Assembly: GCA_048498715.1 (NCBI GenBank)
Contig: JBEHXL010000025.1
Location: 1 to 34,874, forward strand
DNA: 34,874 bases
Direction: 5' to 3'
Source of the DNA: Actinomycetota bacterium
Lineage (GTDB): Bacteria; Actinomycetota; Acidimicrobiia; Acidimicrobiales; JACCXE01
The translations under genes and the position numbers were made by a program. Of this stretch, positions 9,280-16,650 are shown piece after piece (position 1 is the stretch's first letter; the number at the start of each line of letters is the position of its first letter). Below the pieces are notes generated by a model that was given only the letters and a program-made list of their open reading frames with translations, was not told the DNA's origin and ran no database searches.

Positions 9280-10172
9280 GTTCGCAGCGCGTTCGTAAAG
9301 CAGTCATCCCGGCGGCCGGCCTCGGCACCCGCTTTCTTCCGGCGACGAAAGCCGTGCCGAAGGAGATGCTGCCCGTCGTCGACAAACCGACGTTGCAGTA
9401 CGTCGTCGAGGAAGCCGTCGCGGCAGGCATCGAGGACATCCTGATCATCGTCGGGCGCAACAAGACAACCATCGAAGACCACTTCGACGTCAGCTTCGAA
9501 TTGGAGAAGATCCTCGAGGAGGGCGGCAAGACCGCCGAACTCGAGCAAATGCGGGCGATCTCGCAGCTGGCCAACATTCACTTCGTGCGCCAGGGGACGC
9601 CGCGCGGTCTTGGTCACGCGGTGGGCGTAGCCCGGGGTCACGTTGGCAACGAGCCCTTCGCCGTGCTGCTCGGCGACGACATGATGCACGAGCGAGCGGG
9701 CCACCTGAACAACATGCTCGACATGCACGAGCGCCTGCAGGGCTCGGTCATCGCAGTCCGTCAGGTACCGCCGCACGAGATCTCGCTCTACGGCTGCATC
9801 ACGCCGGGCGAGCCCGTCGGTGACGACATCACGATCACCGGCATGGTCGAAAAGCCCAAGCCGGAAGAGGCCCCCTCGAACCTGGCGGTCATGGGGCGGT
9901 ACGTGTTCACGCCGGAAATCTTCGATGCCATCGAAAACACTGCGCCGGGTCGCGGGAACGAGATCCAGCTGACCGACGCCATCAGCATCCTCGCAGAAAA
10001 GCAGTCCGTCTTCGCCTATGCGTTCGAGGAAGGCCGCTACGACGTCGGGAACAAGCTCGACTATCTCCGCGCGACGGTGGAACTCGCCCTCGAACGCCCC
10101 GAGTTGGCCGACGACTTCCGCGCGATCCTCTACGCCATCGTGGATCGGGAGCGGGAAAACCAGGGCAGGTAA
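9276..10172 (+). CDS. galU: UTP--glucose-1-phosphate uridylyltransferase
   Basis: KAVIPAAGLGTRFLPATKAVPKEMLPVVDKPTLQYVVEEA (GalU N-terminal signature). GTG at 9276 overlaps the plsY stop (GTGA). The track's 496-aa ORF 8682-10172 is a read-through artefact of this frame. Confidence 0.85.
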   Translation: MSSQRVRKAVIPAAGLGTRFLPATKAVPKEMLPVVDKPTLQYVVEEAVAAGIEDILIIVGRNKTTIEDHFDVSFELEKILEEGGKTAELEQMRAISQLANIHFVRQGTPRGLGHAVGVARGHVGNEPFAVLLGDDMMHERAGHLNNMLDMHERLQGSVIAVRQVPPHEISLYGCITPGEPVGDDITITGMVEKPKPEEAPSNLAVMGRYVFTPEIFDAIENTAPGRGNEIQLTDAISILAEKQSVFAYAFEEGRYDVGNKLDYLRATVELALERPELADDFRAILYAIVDRERENQGR

Positions 10173-10183
10173 ACTCCGACGCC

Positions 10184-10702
10184 ATGGCAGAGCGCGGTTT
10201 CTCTCATCTCGATCCGCTCGGACGGGCTCGCATGGTCGATGTCACGCCGAAGGACGCAACTCATCGCCGCGCGTTGGCGCGCTGCAAGGTCTTCATGAAG
10301 CCGGAGACCACCGCAATGATCGCCAACAACGCCGTCACGAAAGGCGACGTGCTCGCCGCGGCCCGCATCGCCGGCATCCAGGCCGCCAAGCGCACGGCCG
10401 AGATGATCCCGCTGTGTCATCCGCTCCTCGTCGGCTCGGTGCAGGTCAACTTCAACCTCGGCGACGACCACGTTGGCGTCGAGGCACAGGTCGAAACCAT
10501 CGACCGAACCGGGGTCGAGATGGAAGCGATGCACGCGGCGATGATCGCGGCGCTCACGATCTACGACATGTGTAAGTCCGGTGACCGCTCGATGGTCATC
10601 GGCGACCTTGCTCTCTGGGAGAAGACCGGCGGCCGCAACGGCACGTGGCGGCGCCCCGTCGTGGACTCCGTGGGGGATCTCGACGACCTCAGCTTGGACT
10701 GA
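10184..10702 (+). CDS. moaC: Cyclic pyranopterin monophosphate synthase MoaC
   Basis: Full-length MoaC similarity (MVDVTPKD...IPLCHPL...GVEMEAMHAAMIAALTIYDM). Confidence 0.9.
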   Translation: MAERGFSHLDPLGRARMVDVTPKDATHRRALARCKVFMKPETTAMIANNAVTKGDVLAAARIAGIQAAKRTAEMIPLCHPLLVGSVQVNFNLGDDHVGVEAQVETIDRTGVEMEAMHAAMIAALTIYDMCKSGDRSMVIGDLALWEKTGGRNGTWRRPVVDSVGDLDDLSLD

Positions 10703-10714
10703 CCAACCCTGGAC

Positions 10715-10732
10715 TGCTAACAATAGTTAGCA
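10715..10732. promoter_or_regulatory. AT-rich inverted repeat TGCTAAC-AATA-GTTAGCA (candidate operator)
   Basis: Perfect 7-bp arms with a 4-bp spacer, 12/18 A+T in a ~70% GC context. Lies 13 bp after the moaC stop and ~85-130 bp upstream of the next gene. Confidence 0.3.
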
Positions 10733-10814
10733 ACGGGTGGACCCGAGCGGGGCCCTCGTACTAGACCAACAGGGTTCTTTTTTGTCCGCTGACTGTGCCT
10801 GACCATCCCCGTTT

Positions 10815-11390
10815 GTGCGCGATGGGCGTTGTACGGTCCCTAGCAAGAAGAGGTTGAGGAGCTTGACCGTATTGGTATTGCTTGTCCTCGCCGTGATTTG
10901 GGCGGCTGTCCTAGTTCCACCGATGTGGCGAAACCGGGCTGAAGGTCGCCCCGCCGACAGCATCAAGCAGTTCCATCGGCACCTGCGCGTGCTCAATGGC
11001 ACTGAACCGCACGGCTACAGCCGTGCCTTGACCGCTCAGGCCGGCTCTCCCGTCATCACCGCTCCGATGAGCTACCGGCGCTCGACGGTCCGCTCGACCG
11101 AGCTTCGTCGCCGTCGCTCGATGGAGCGCCGCCGCAATGTGCTGTTCGGACTCACCGGCGCCGCGCTGTTCACGCTCTTCCTGGCGATCCTCAGCGTCCC
11201 GATGATGCTGGCTGCGCACCTGCTGATCGACGCGCTCCTCGGTGGCTATGTGGCCCTCCTCGCCAACATGCGCAAGATGGCCGCCGACCGCGAGATGAAG
11301 CTGCGCTACATGCCCCAGCAGCGCCAGGTCATCGACTTGCGCGACGAGGTCACCGCCTGGGGCGACCTCCCCGCCGTCGCAGCTCGCTAG
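10815..11390 (+). CDS. Hypothetical integral membrane protein (3 predicted TM segments)
   Basis: Hydrophobic segments LTVLVLLVLAVIWAAVLVP, LFGLTGAALFTLFLAILSVPMMLAAHLLIDALLGGYVALLA. High-GC3 frame. Start uncertain: GTG 10815 or TTG 10863, which has an AGAAGAGG SD. Confidence 0.45.
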   Translation: MRDGRCTVPSKKRLRSLTVLVLLVLAVIWAAVLVPPMWRNRAEGRPADSIKQFHRHLRVLNGTEPHGYSRALTAQAGSPVITAPMSYRRSTVRSTELRRRRSMERRRNVLFGLTGAALFTLFLAILSVPMMLAAHLLIDALLGGYVALLANMRKMAADREMKLRYMPQQRQVIDLRDEVTAWGDLPAVAAR

Positions 11391-11439
11391 CAACTTCTCC
11401 GAATCACTCAGCCGTCGTCTACGCTGAGCGATCCCAAAC

Positions 11440-11513
11440 GGGGGTGTAGCTCAGCCCGGTAGAGCGCTGCGTTCGCAATGCAGAAGTCGTGGGTTCAAGT
11501 CCCATCACCTCCA
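11440..11513 (+). tRNA. tRNA-Ala (anticodon CGC)
   Basis: Cloverleaf folds by hand: acceptor GGGGGTG/CACCTCC with G3:U70 (alanine identity element), D-arm GCTC/GAGC, anticodon stem CTGCG/TGCAG with loop TTCGCAA (anticodon CGC), T-arm GTGGG-TTCAAGT-CCCAT, discriminator A. CCA not encoded. Confidence 0.9.
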
Positions 11514-11518
11514 CGTCG

Positions 11519-11557
11519 TCGGTCCGCAACCAAAGGTTGCGGACCGATTCTTCTTTT
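11519..11557 (+). terminator. Intrinsic terminator after tRNA-Ala
   Basis: Perfect 13-bp stem TCGGTCCGCAACC / GGTTGCGGACCGA with AAA loop, followed by TTCTTCTTTT. Confidence 0.7.
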
Positions 11558-11784
11558 GGGACGCCGCCTCCGGCGGCGACCGGTTGTCGCCTCCGGACCG
11601 AACACGTCGGATCCTGCGGCACCCGCTGGCGCTTACACCGCCCTCCGCGCGGCTCGTTTGGTTTGTTACCGAAGCGTGGATATGGCGGGTGTTTGGCGTG
11701 GGAGGGCCGTGGAATGCGCACCCGTACGTTGCTCCCATCAGGTCGAGCGACCTGCTTGACCAAACAAAACGGGAGAACAAACCA

Positions 11785-12420
11785 ATGAACAAGCGCACCG
11801 CCCCCATCGAAGTCCTCGAAATCGCAGCTCCGGTTGTGAGCCGCTCCGCCAAGTGGCGCAAGGCCCTGATCCCGCTGACCACGCTGGCCGCCGCCGGTGC
11901 CCTGGCCATCGGCTCGGGCGCTGACTTCTCCTCGAACAGCGCCAACCCGAACAGCATCGTCGCCTCGGGCACGCTGACCCAGACCAACAGCAAGGCCAAC
12001 GCCGCCGTGTTCAACATCTCGAATATCAAGCCGGGCGACGTCGTCGGCGGCCAGGTCACGATCACGAACACGGGCACGCTTCCCGCCGTCATGTCGGTGA
12101 CCGAAGGCTCGTTCGCCTCGACGTTCTCCGCCACCAGCGGTTCGCCGTCGGCCAACACGCTCAACCTCGTCGTCACTGAGGGCAGCAACACCGTCTACAA
12201 CGGCGCCTTCGGCTCGATGAGCACGGTTGCGCTCGGCACCTTCACCGCCGGCCAGGCCAAGACCTACAAGTTCACCGTGACGTTCAACCAGGGCGCCGGC
12301 AACAGCGATCAGAACAAGACCGCTTCGGCCACCTACACCTGGAACGGTGCGCAGACTTCCAACGTGACCCTCGACCAGGGCCCGGCCGCCGCTACCGGCA
12401 CCGCCACCCCGGCGCAGTAA
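11785..12420 (+). CDS. TasA/camelysin-like secreted protein (SipW-cognate-type N-terminal signal; peptidase M73/TasA family)
   Basis: ATG at 11785 with GGGAGAA SD. N-terminal K/R region plus hydrophobic stretch LIPLTTLAAAGALAIGSGADFSS. Aligns by eye to B. subtilis TasA: ASGTL(T/D), N(I/L)SN(I/L)KPGD, (T/E)N(T/N)G(T/S)L. Thr/Ser/Asn-rich beta-rich remainder. Confidence 0.65.
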   Translation: MNKRTAPIEVLEIAAPVVSRSAKWRKALIPLTTLAAAGALAIGSGADFSSNSANPNSIVASGTLTQTNSKANAAVFNISNIKPGDVVGGQVTITNTGTLPAVMSVTEGSFASTFSATSGSPSANTLNLVVTEGSNTVYNGAFGSMSTVALGTFTAGQAKTYKFTVTFNQGAGNSDQNKTASATYTWNGAQTSNVTLDQGPAAATGTATPAQ

Positions 12421-12505
12421 TCACCCGCTCGATCCCCCCAACACGCTCGGGATGGGGCTTGCCCCTCCCCCCAACCGCAGCCCCTCCCGAGCAAGCTCTC
12501 CCGTG

Positions 12506-12540
12506 AAAGACGGCGCCGCCTAGCGGCGCCGTCTTTCCGT
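12506..12540 (+). terminator. Intrinsic terminator after TasA-like gene
   Basis: Perfect 14-bp stem AAAGACGGCGCCGC / GCGGCGCCGTCTTT with 3-nt loop, then CCGTTCG. Confidence 0.6.
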
Positions 12541-12566
12541 TCGTCACGGTTCGCTACCGTCGAACC

Positions 12567-13880
12567 GTGCAAACTCTCGGGGCTGTAGAGGCGGCGAAAT
12601 TGATCCGGCCGACGGACACGCTGGCGATCCCGCTCGGACCGACGCAGCCTCCGCGCTTCCTGGAAGCGCTCGGCCAGCGAACGGACTGGGAGGATCTGCG
12701 CGTCTTCGGCGCCTTGCTGACGGTCTTCACCGATCTGTTCAATCACCCGAACGTCCACTACTTGTCGGGGTTCTTCGGGCCGCTCGAACGGCTGATTCGC
12801 GACGCCGGGGCGAACATCGGCTTCGCGCCCGCCGACTTCCGCCGTTTCGGTCCGTTGTTGTCCAACCTCGCACCACGCGTCATGGCGACGGCCGGCAGCC
12901 CGCCGGACGCCGACGGTTACTGCAGCCTGTCGCTGTACGCCGGAGCGCACGTTCCGAGCTTTCACGCGGCCGGCGCAGATCCCGACCGCCTTCTCGTTGT
13001 GGAAGTCAGTCCATTGTTTCCGCGGACGTTCGGTCTCGGCGAGCACACGCATCGCGTCCATGTCGACGAGATCGACGTGCTGATCGAGAGCGACGCGCCG
13101 CCCTACGAGCTGATCGACCCGCCGGCGACCGACGTCGAGCGGGCGATAGCCAGCCATGTCTCTGCACTCATCCCCGACGGAGCGACGTTGCAGACCGGCA
13201 TCGGCGGTGTTCCGTCCGTCGTCGCCGCTTTGCTCGCGGCGGGCGACGGGGGCGACTACGGCGTGCACAGCGAGATGTTCACCACGGGTCTCATGCAGCT
13301 GTGCCAGGCCGGCAAGGTCACCAACCGGCGCAAAGGACAGTTCGACGGCGTGTCGGTGTCGACGTTCGCAGCGGGAACCCGCGAGCTCTACGACTGGCTC
13401 CACGAGAACCGTGATGTTGCGTTCCTGCCCGTCGAAATCGTGAACTCGCCCGAAGTCATCGCTCGTAACCGCTCGATGATTTCCATCAACGGGGCGCTGG
13501 CGCTCGACATCCAAGGGCAAGTCGTCGCCGACACCCGTGACGGCGATCAGTTCTCGGGCATCGGCGGCCACGAGGACTTCGTGGCCGGGGCCGGGTCGGA
13601 GCTCGACGATCGATCCATCGTGTGTCTTCCGTCGACGTATACGGCGAAGGACGGGCAGGTGCGCTCACGCATCGTGCCCTGGTTCGAAGCGGGCGCCGTC
13701 ATCACGACGCCGCGCCATCAAGTGCACACCGTCGTCACCGAACACGGCGTGGCCGAGCTGCTCGGAAAGACGGTGCACCAACGCGGTGAGGCGCTTGCCG
13801 CTATCGCAGCTCCGGCGTTTCGCGATGGGCTGCTCGAAGCCGCCGAGCGCGCCTCCAAAGGCCGCTCGCCGGTGCGTTAG
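12567..13880 (+). CDS. Acetyl-CoA hydrolase/transferase-family CoA-transferase (Cat1/ScpC-like)
   Basis: GTG start. Family similarity over the whole length (two-domain CoA-transferase; e.g. SEMFTTGLMQL, GIGGHEDFVAGA). Confidence 0.8.
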   Translation: MQTLGAVEAAKLIRPTDTLAIPLGPTQPPRFLEALGQRTDWEDLRVFGALLTVFTDLFNHPNVHYLSGFFGPLERLIRDAGANIGFAPADFRRFGPLLSNLAPRVMATAGSPPDADGYCSLSLYAGAHVPSFHAAGADPDRLLVVEVSPLFPRTFGLGEHTHRVHVDEIDVLIESDAPPYELIDPPATDVERAIASHVSALIPDGATLQTGIGGVPSVVAALLAAGDGGDYGVHSEMFTTGLMQLCQAGKVTNRRKGQFDGVSVSTFAAGTRELYDWLHENRDVAFLPVEIVNSPEVIARNRSMISINGALALDIQGQVVADTRDGDQFSGIGGHEDFVAGAGSELDDRSIVCLPSTYTAKDGQVRSRIVPWFEAGAVITTPRHQVHTVVTEHGVAELLGKTVHQRGEALAAIAAPAFRDGLLEAAERASKGRSPVR

Positions 13881-14056
13881 TCGTCGGCTTTGGCCGGCTG
13901 GACGTGGCCCTCGTGCGTGCGGATCTCTTTGTTGTTCTTGCCGAGGGTGACGGTGAGTTCGTCGCCGATGATGTCCTTGTCGACAATCGTGCCCCACTCA
14001 CCCTTGAAATCGCCGTGGGTGATGAGGACCCGGTCGCCCTTCTTGAATCGCGCCAT
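13877..14056 (-). CDS. Small KOW/Tudor-like protein, 59 aa (MARFKKGDRVLITHGDFKGEWGTIVDKDIIGDELTVTLGKNNKEIRTHEGHVQPAKADD)
   Basis: Hand-translated ATG...TAA ORF below the track's 60-aa cutoff. Codon usage matches neighbours. KOW-like G-D-x-V-x-I-x-x-G-x-F-K-G-x-x-G-x-I motif. Stop overlaps the CoA-transferase stop (convergent). No clear SD. Confidence 0.5.
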   Translation of the reverse strand: MARFKKGDRVLITHGDFKGEWGTIVDKDIIGDELTVTLGKNNKEIRTHEGHVQPAKADD

Positions 14057-14094
14057 GTCGTCATGGTGGCACGGCGCGTCGGTACCGTTCCGCC

Positions 14095-14622
14095 ATGAAC
14101 ATGCTTGGGGCGCTCGCCGCTGACTCCACTGGCTATCGACTGCTGCTGTTCGGTCACCTGCTGTGCGTGATCGTCGGCTTCGGTTCGACCTTCGTCTATC
14201 CGATCATCGGTAACCACGCGTCGAAGGTGCGGGGCGTAGGTGCGGCCGAGATCAGCAACGCATCGGAGAAGTCGGGCAAGTTCCTGACCGAGCCGTTCAT
14301 CCTCGGCGCCGGCGCGTTCGGCATTGCCATGGCCGCAATGGGATCGACCTACGACTTCGGCACCAAGTTCGTCCAGATGGCGCTTGGGATCTACGTCGTG
14401 GCGCTCGTCTTCTCGTTCGGTGTGCACATCCCGAACCTCGGCAAGATGAACAAGCTCGCCAACGAGTTGGCCGCGATGGGCCCACCTCCGGCCGGCGCAG
14501 CCGGGCCGCCACCCCAGGCGGTCGAGATGGAAAAGCGCGGGAACGACGCACGCCGCAACGGCGGCATCTTGTCGTTGCTCTTTGTCGTGATCCTCGTGCT
14601 GATGGTCTGGAAGCCGCTCTAG
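14095..14622 (+). CDS. Hypothetical integral membrane protein (4 TM) with Pro/Ala/Gly-rich cytoplasmic loop
   Basis: TM segments LLLFGHLLCVIVGFGSTFVYPII, FILGAGAFGIAMAAMG, ALGIYVVALVFSFGV, ILSLLFVVILVLMVW. ATG 14095 (or 14101). Divergent from the small KOW-like gene. Confidence 0.5.
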   Translation: MNMLGALAADSTGYRLLLFGHLLCVIVGFGSTFVYPIIGNHASKVRGVGAAEISNASEKSGKFLTEPFILGAGAFGIAMAAMGSTYDFGTKFVQMALGIYVVALVFSFGVHIPNLGKMNKLANELAAMGPPPAGAAGPPPQAVEMEKRGNDARRNGGILSLLFVVILVLMVWKPL

Positions 14623-14634
14623 GACGACACGAGA

Positions 14635-14664
14635 AAGGGCCCGGTCCGATCGGACCGGGCCCTT
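14635..14664. terminator. 30-nt perfect palindrome AAGGGCCCGGTCCGATCGGACCGGGCCCTT (bidirectional terminator between convergent genes)
   Basis: Exactly self-complementary about a central GATC. Sits in the 58-bp gap between two convergent stops. Confidence 0.55.
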
Positions 14665-14680
14665 CTTCAGTTCCAGCTAC

Positions 14681-16516
14681 CTACTTGCAGTCGAGGCACT
14701 TGGTGTTGTGGCGGTGCCCGTCTTGTTCGTGTGGCGGATCGGCAATGCCGTCCTTGACGTCAACGGCCTTCGGATCCTGGAGGGACTGCGTCGAGGCGTT
14801 GAAGTACGTGTTCATGTCGCCGGTCGGCAGTTTGCCGATCTCGTAGCGCTGACCACCGTTCATCTTCATGATCATGCCGGTGCCGTTCAGGGCGCGTTCG
14901 TCGGGTCCCCGGCGAGCGCCGTCGTAGTAGATCTCGATGTAATCCTTGATCGAGGTCGGATATGCCCGGGTGTAGTACTGGAGCGGCGAGTTCGGATTGC
15001 CACCCGACTTGGGGTAGTTGAACATGCCCTGGGCGAAGGAATTCATCGTCAGATTCGGGCCCGCCATGTGAATGCCCGTGAAGATGAGGCCCGGGATCGA
15101 GTTGTAGATGTTGATGAGAACGCCCTCGTCGCCGTCCTTCATGTTCGGATCACCGTGGTGCGCCTCGCGATAACCGGTCGACTGTTGCACCGTCTTCCAG
15201 GTGACCCACAGCGGGGAGATGCCGAGTGAGTGAATCCACTGGCTCTTGTCGTACAGACGGCCGGCGGCGGTCGTGTCGGACAAGCCCGAGCCCGAGATGA
15301 TCCACTCCGGGTAGTACGTCTGACGGGTCGCTTCACCCGTGATGAGGATCGGATACAGCGGGTCGACGAACATGATGATCGACGTGATGCCGTCGTTGCG
15401 CATGCGGGCGATCATCGCGGTGAGGTCCTGCTGGTTACGGCCGGGGTCGTAGGTGTAACCGATACGCGTCGTGAGCTTCACGCCGCGCTTGTTCATCTCC
15501 GACTCGAGGTTGTCCGCGGCGCGCTTGCCTTCAGGGTCGACCTGGCCGTGGACGCCTTCGAGGTAGATGAGGCCGAACTTGCGTTCCTTGTCGCGCAGCT
15601 TGAGAGCGGGGTTGCTCTGGAGCTCGTCGCCGGCGAACTGTGCCTTCTTGTGGTTGAGACGCTTGGCCATGTACTCGGCAAGGACCTGGCCGTACTCCGT
15701 CGAGGTGGGGAGCGAGCCCCAGATCGCTGCCGGGTTCGACTGGTAGAACTCGCTCGACAGCGTCACGGTGCAGATGCACACGATGCCGCGTGCTGCGAGT
15801 TCCTGGCCGAAGACCTTTGGGCCGCCGAAGACGAGGAAGGGCTTGATCTGCGTGGCGATCTTGACCGCGTCCGCTCGGGCCTGCTCGTCGTTCTCGGCCG
15901 GACCGGAAGCACCCACGTCCTGGAAGACGACCTGGCGGCCGTAGGTCTCGTAGTGCTGGTTGCTGTAGGTGAACAGCGCCTCGTATGCGTGCTTCACGAC
16001 CGCGGGATCGTCGGCGAGCTTGGCGCCCTTGAGGATCGCGTCGGTCGCAGGGTCGCTCTGGGCGACATAGCGGACGACGAGAATCTTGTCCTTCGTGACG
16101 CCGTTGGACGTGTTGCCGCCGTTGTCGGTCCCGTTCCACTGTGCGCACGGGGGCATGTAGCGGGAGATGCCCGCCTGCCGGCCGTCGCTGCGGCAGTGGC
16201 TGCCCTTGCCGAACTCGACTGCGGCGCCCGACGCCGACTTCACGGTGCCGTCGCTTCCGGTACCGACGGAGCCGTCGGAACCGAGTCCGCTCGTGCCGCC
16301 GTCACTCGAACCACCCAGCGCGTCGGTGCTGTCGAGTGACGTGTCGTTGGTGCTGCCGTTGCCGACGCGGAGGCTGCCATTGCTGGATGCGCCTGACGCG
16401 TCGAGTGTGTCGTCCTTGTTCTTCGCGTTGCCCGGTGTCAAAGCAATGAGCATCGCGAGAGCAACGACAATTGCTGCGGTCGCTCCGTAGCGATCCGCGA
16501 ACTGTCGCAGAGTCAT
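14681..16516 (-). CDS. Branched-chain amino-acid ABC transporter substrate-binding protein (type I PBP, LivK/LivJ-like) with signal-anchor and long Ser/Gly/Thr/Asp-rich linker
   Basis: N-terminal hydrophobic anchor ATAAIVVALAMLIALTPG. ~100-aa low-complexity linker (GSDGSVGTGSDGT...). Then a PBP1 domain (ILVVRYVAQSD..., KPFLVFGGPKVFGQELAARGIVCICTV). GGGGGGAA SD upstream of ATG 16516. Divergent from the fused permease/ATPase gene. Confidence 0.8.
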   Translation of the reverse strand: MTLRQFADRYGATAAIVVALAMLIALTPGNAKNKDDTLDASGASSNGSLRVGNGSTNDTSLDSTDALGGSSDGGTSGLGSDGSVGTGSDGTVKSASGAAVEFGKGSHCRSDGRQAGISRYMPPCAQWNGTDNGGNTSNGVTKDKILVVRYVAQSDPATDAILKGAKLADDPAVVKHAYEALFTYSNQHYETYGRQVVFQDVGASGPAENDEQARADAVKIATQIKPFLVFGGPKVFGQELAARGIVCICTVTLSSEFYQSNPAAIWGSLPTSTEYGQVLAEYMAKRLNHKKAQFAGDELQSNPALKLRDKERKFGLIYLEGVHGQVDPEGKRAADNLESEMNKRGVKLTTRIGYTYDPGRNQQDLTAMIARMRNDGITSIIMFVDPLYPILITGEATRQTYYPEWIISGSGLSDTTAAGRLYDKSQWIHSLGISPLWVTWKTVQQSTGYREAHHGDPNMKDGDEGVLINIYNSIPGLIFTGIHMAGPNLTMNSFAQGMFNYPKSGGNPNSPLQYYTRAYPTSIKDYIEIYYDGARRGPDERALNGTGMIMKMNGGQRYEIGKLPTGDMNTYFNASTQSLQDPKAVDVKDGIADPPHEQDGHRHNTKCLDCK

Positions 16517-16650
16517 GTATTCAGTTCCCCCCAGAGTTCTGTTGTCCCTCAGCCAGCACTCGTCGCTCGAAGCGGCTTATGCTGCTTGGGCACTGTACGT
16601 CGTCTCGTGCCGGTGTGCTCGTCAGAGCGCATTCATCGCAACGGCGTTAA

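Noticed and set aside
8682-10172. 496-aa plus-strand ORF spanning plsY and galU
   Set aside because: Its 5' two-thirds is an alternative frame across plsY giving an Arg/Pro-rich product. Only the portion from GTG 9276 corresponds to GalU.
11419-11763. 114-aa minus-strand ORF overlapping tRNA-Ala
   Set aside because: It overlaps the tRNA and its terminator in antisense. No motifs. Likely spurious.
11440-11790. Possible integrative element / genomic island at the tRNA-Ala 3' end
   Set aside because: No integrase, no recombinase, and no convincing direct repeat of the tRNA 3' end downstream. Only an 8-nt TCCCATCA match at ~11733, which is expected by chance.
12333-13571. 412-aa minus-strand ORF
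   Set aside because: Antisense to the CoA-transferase gene, which has clear family similarity. Low-complexity Arg-rich translation.
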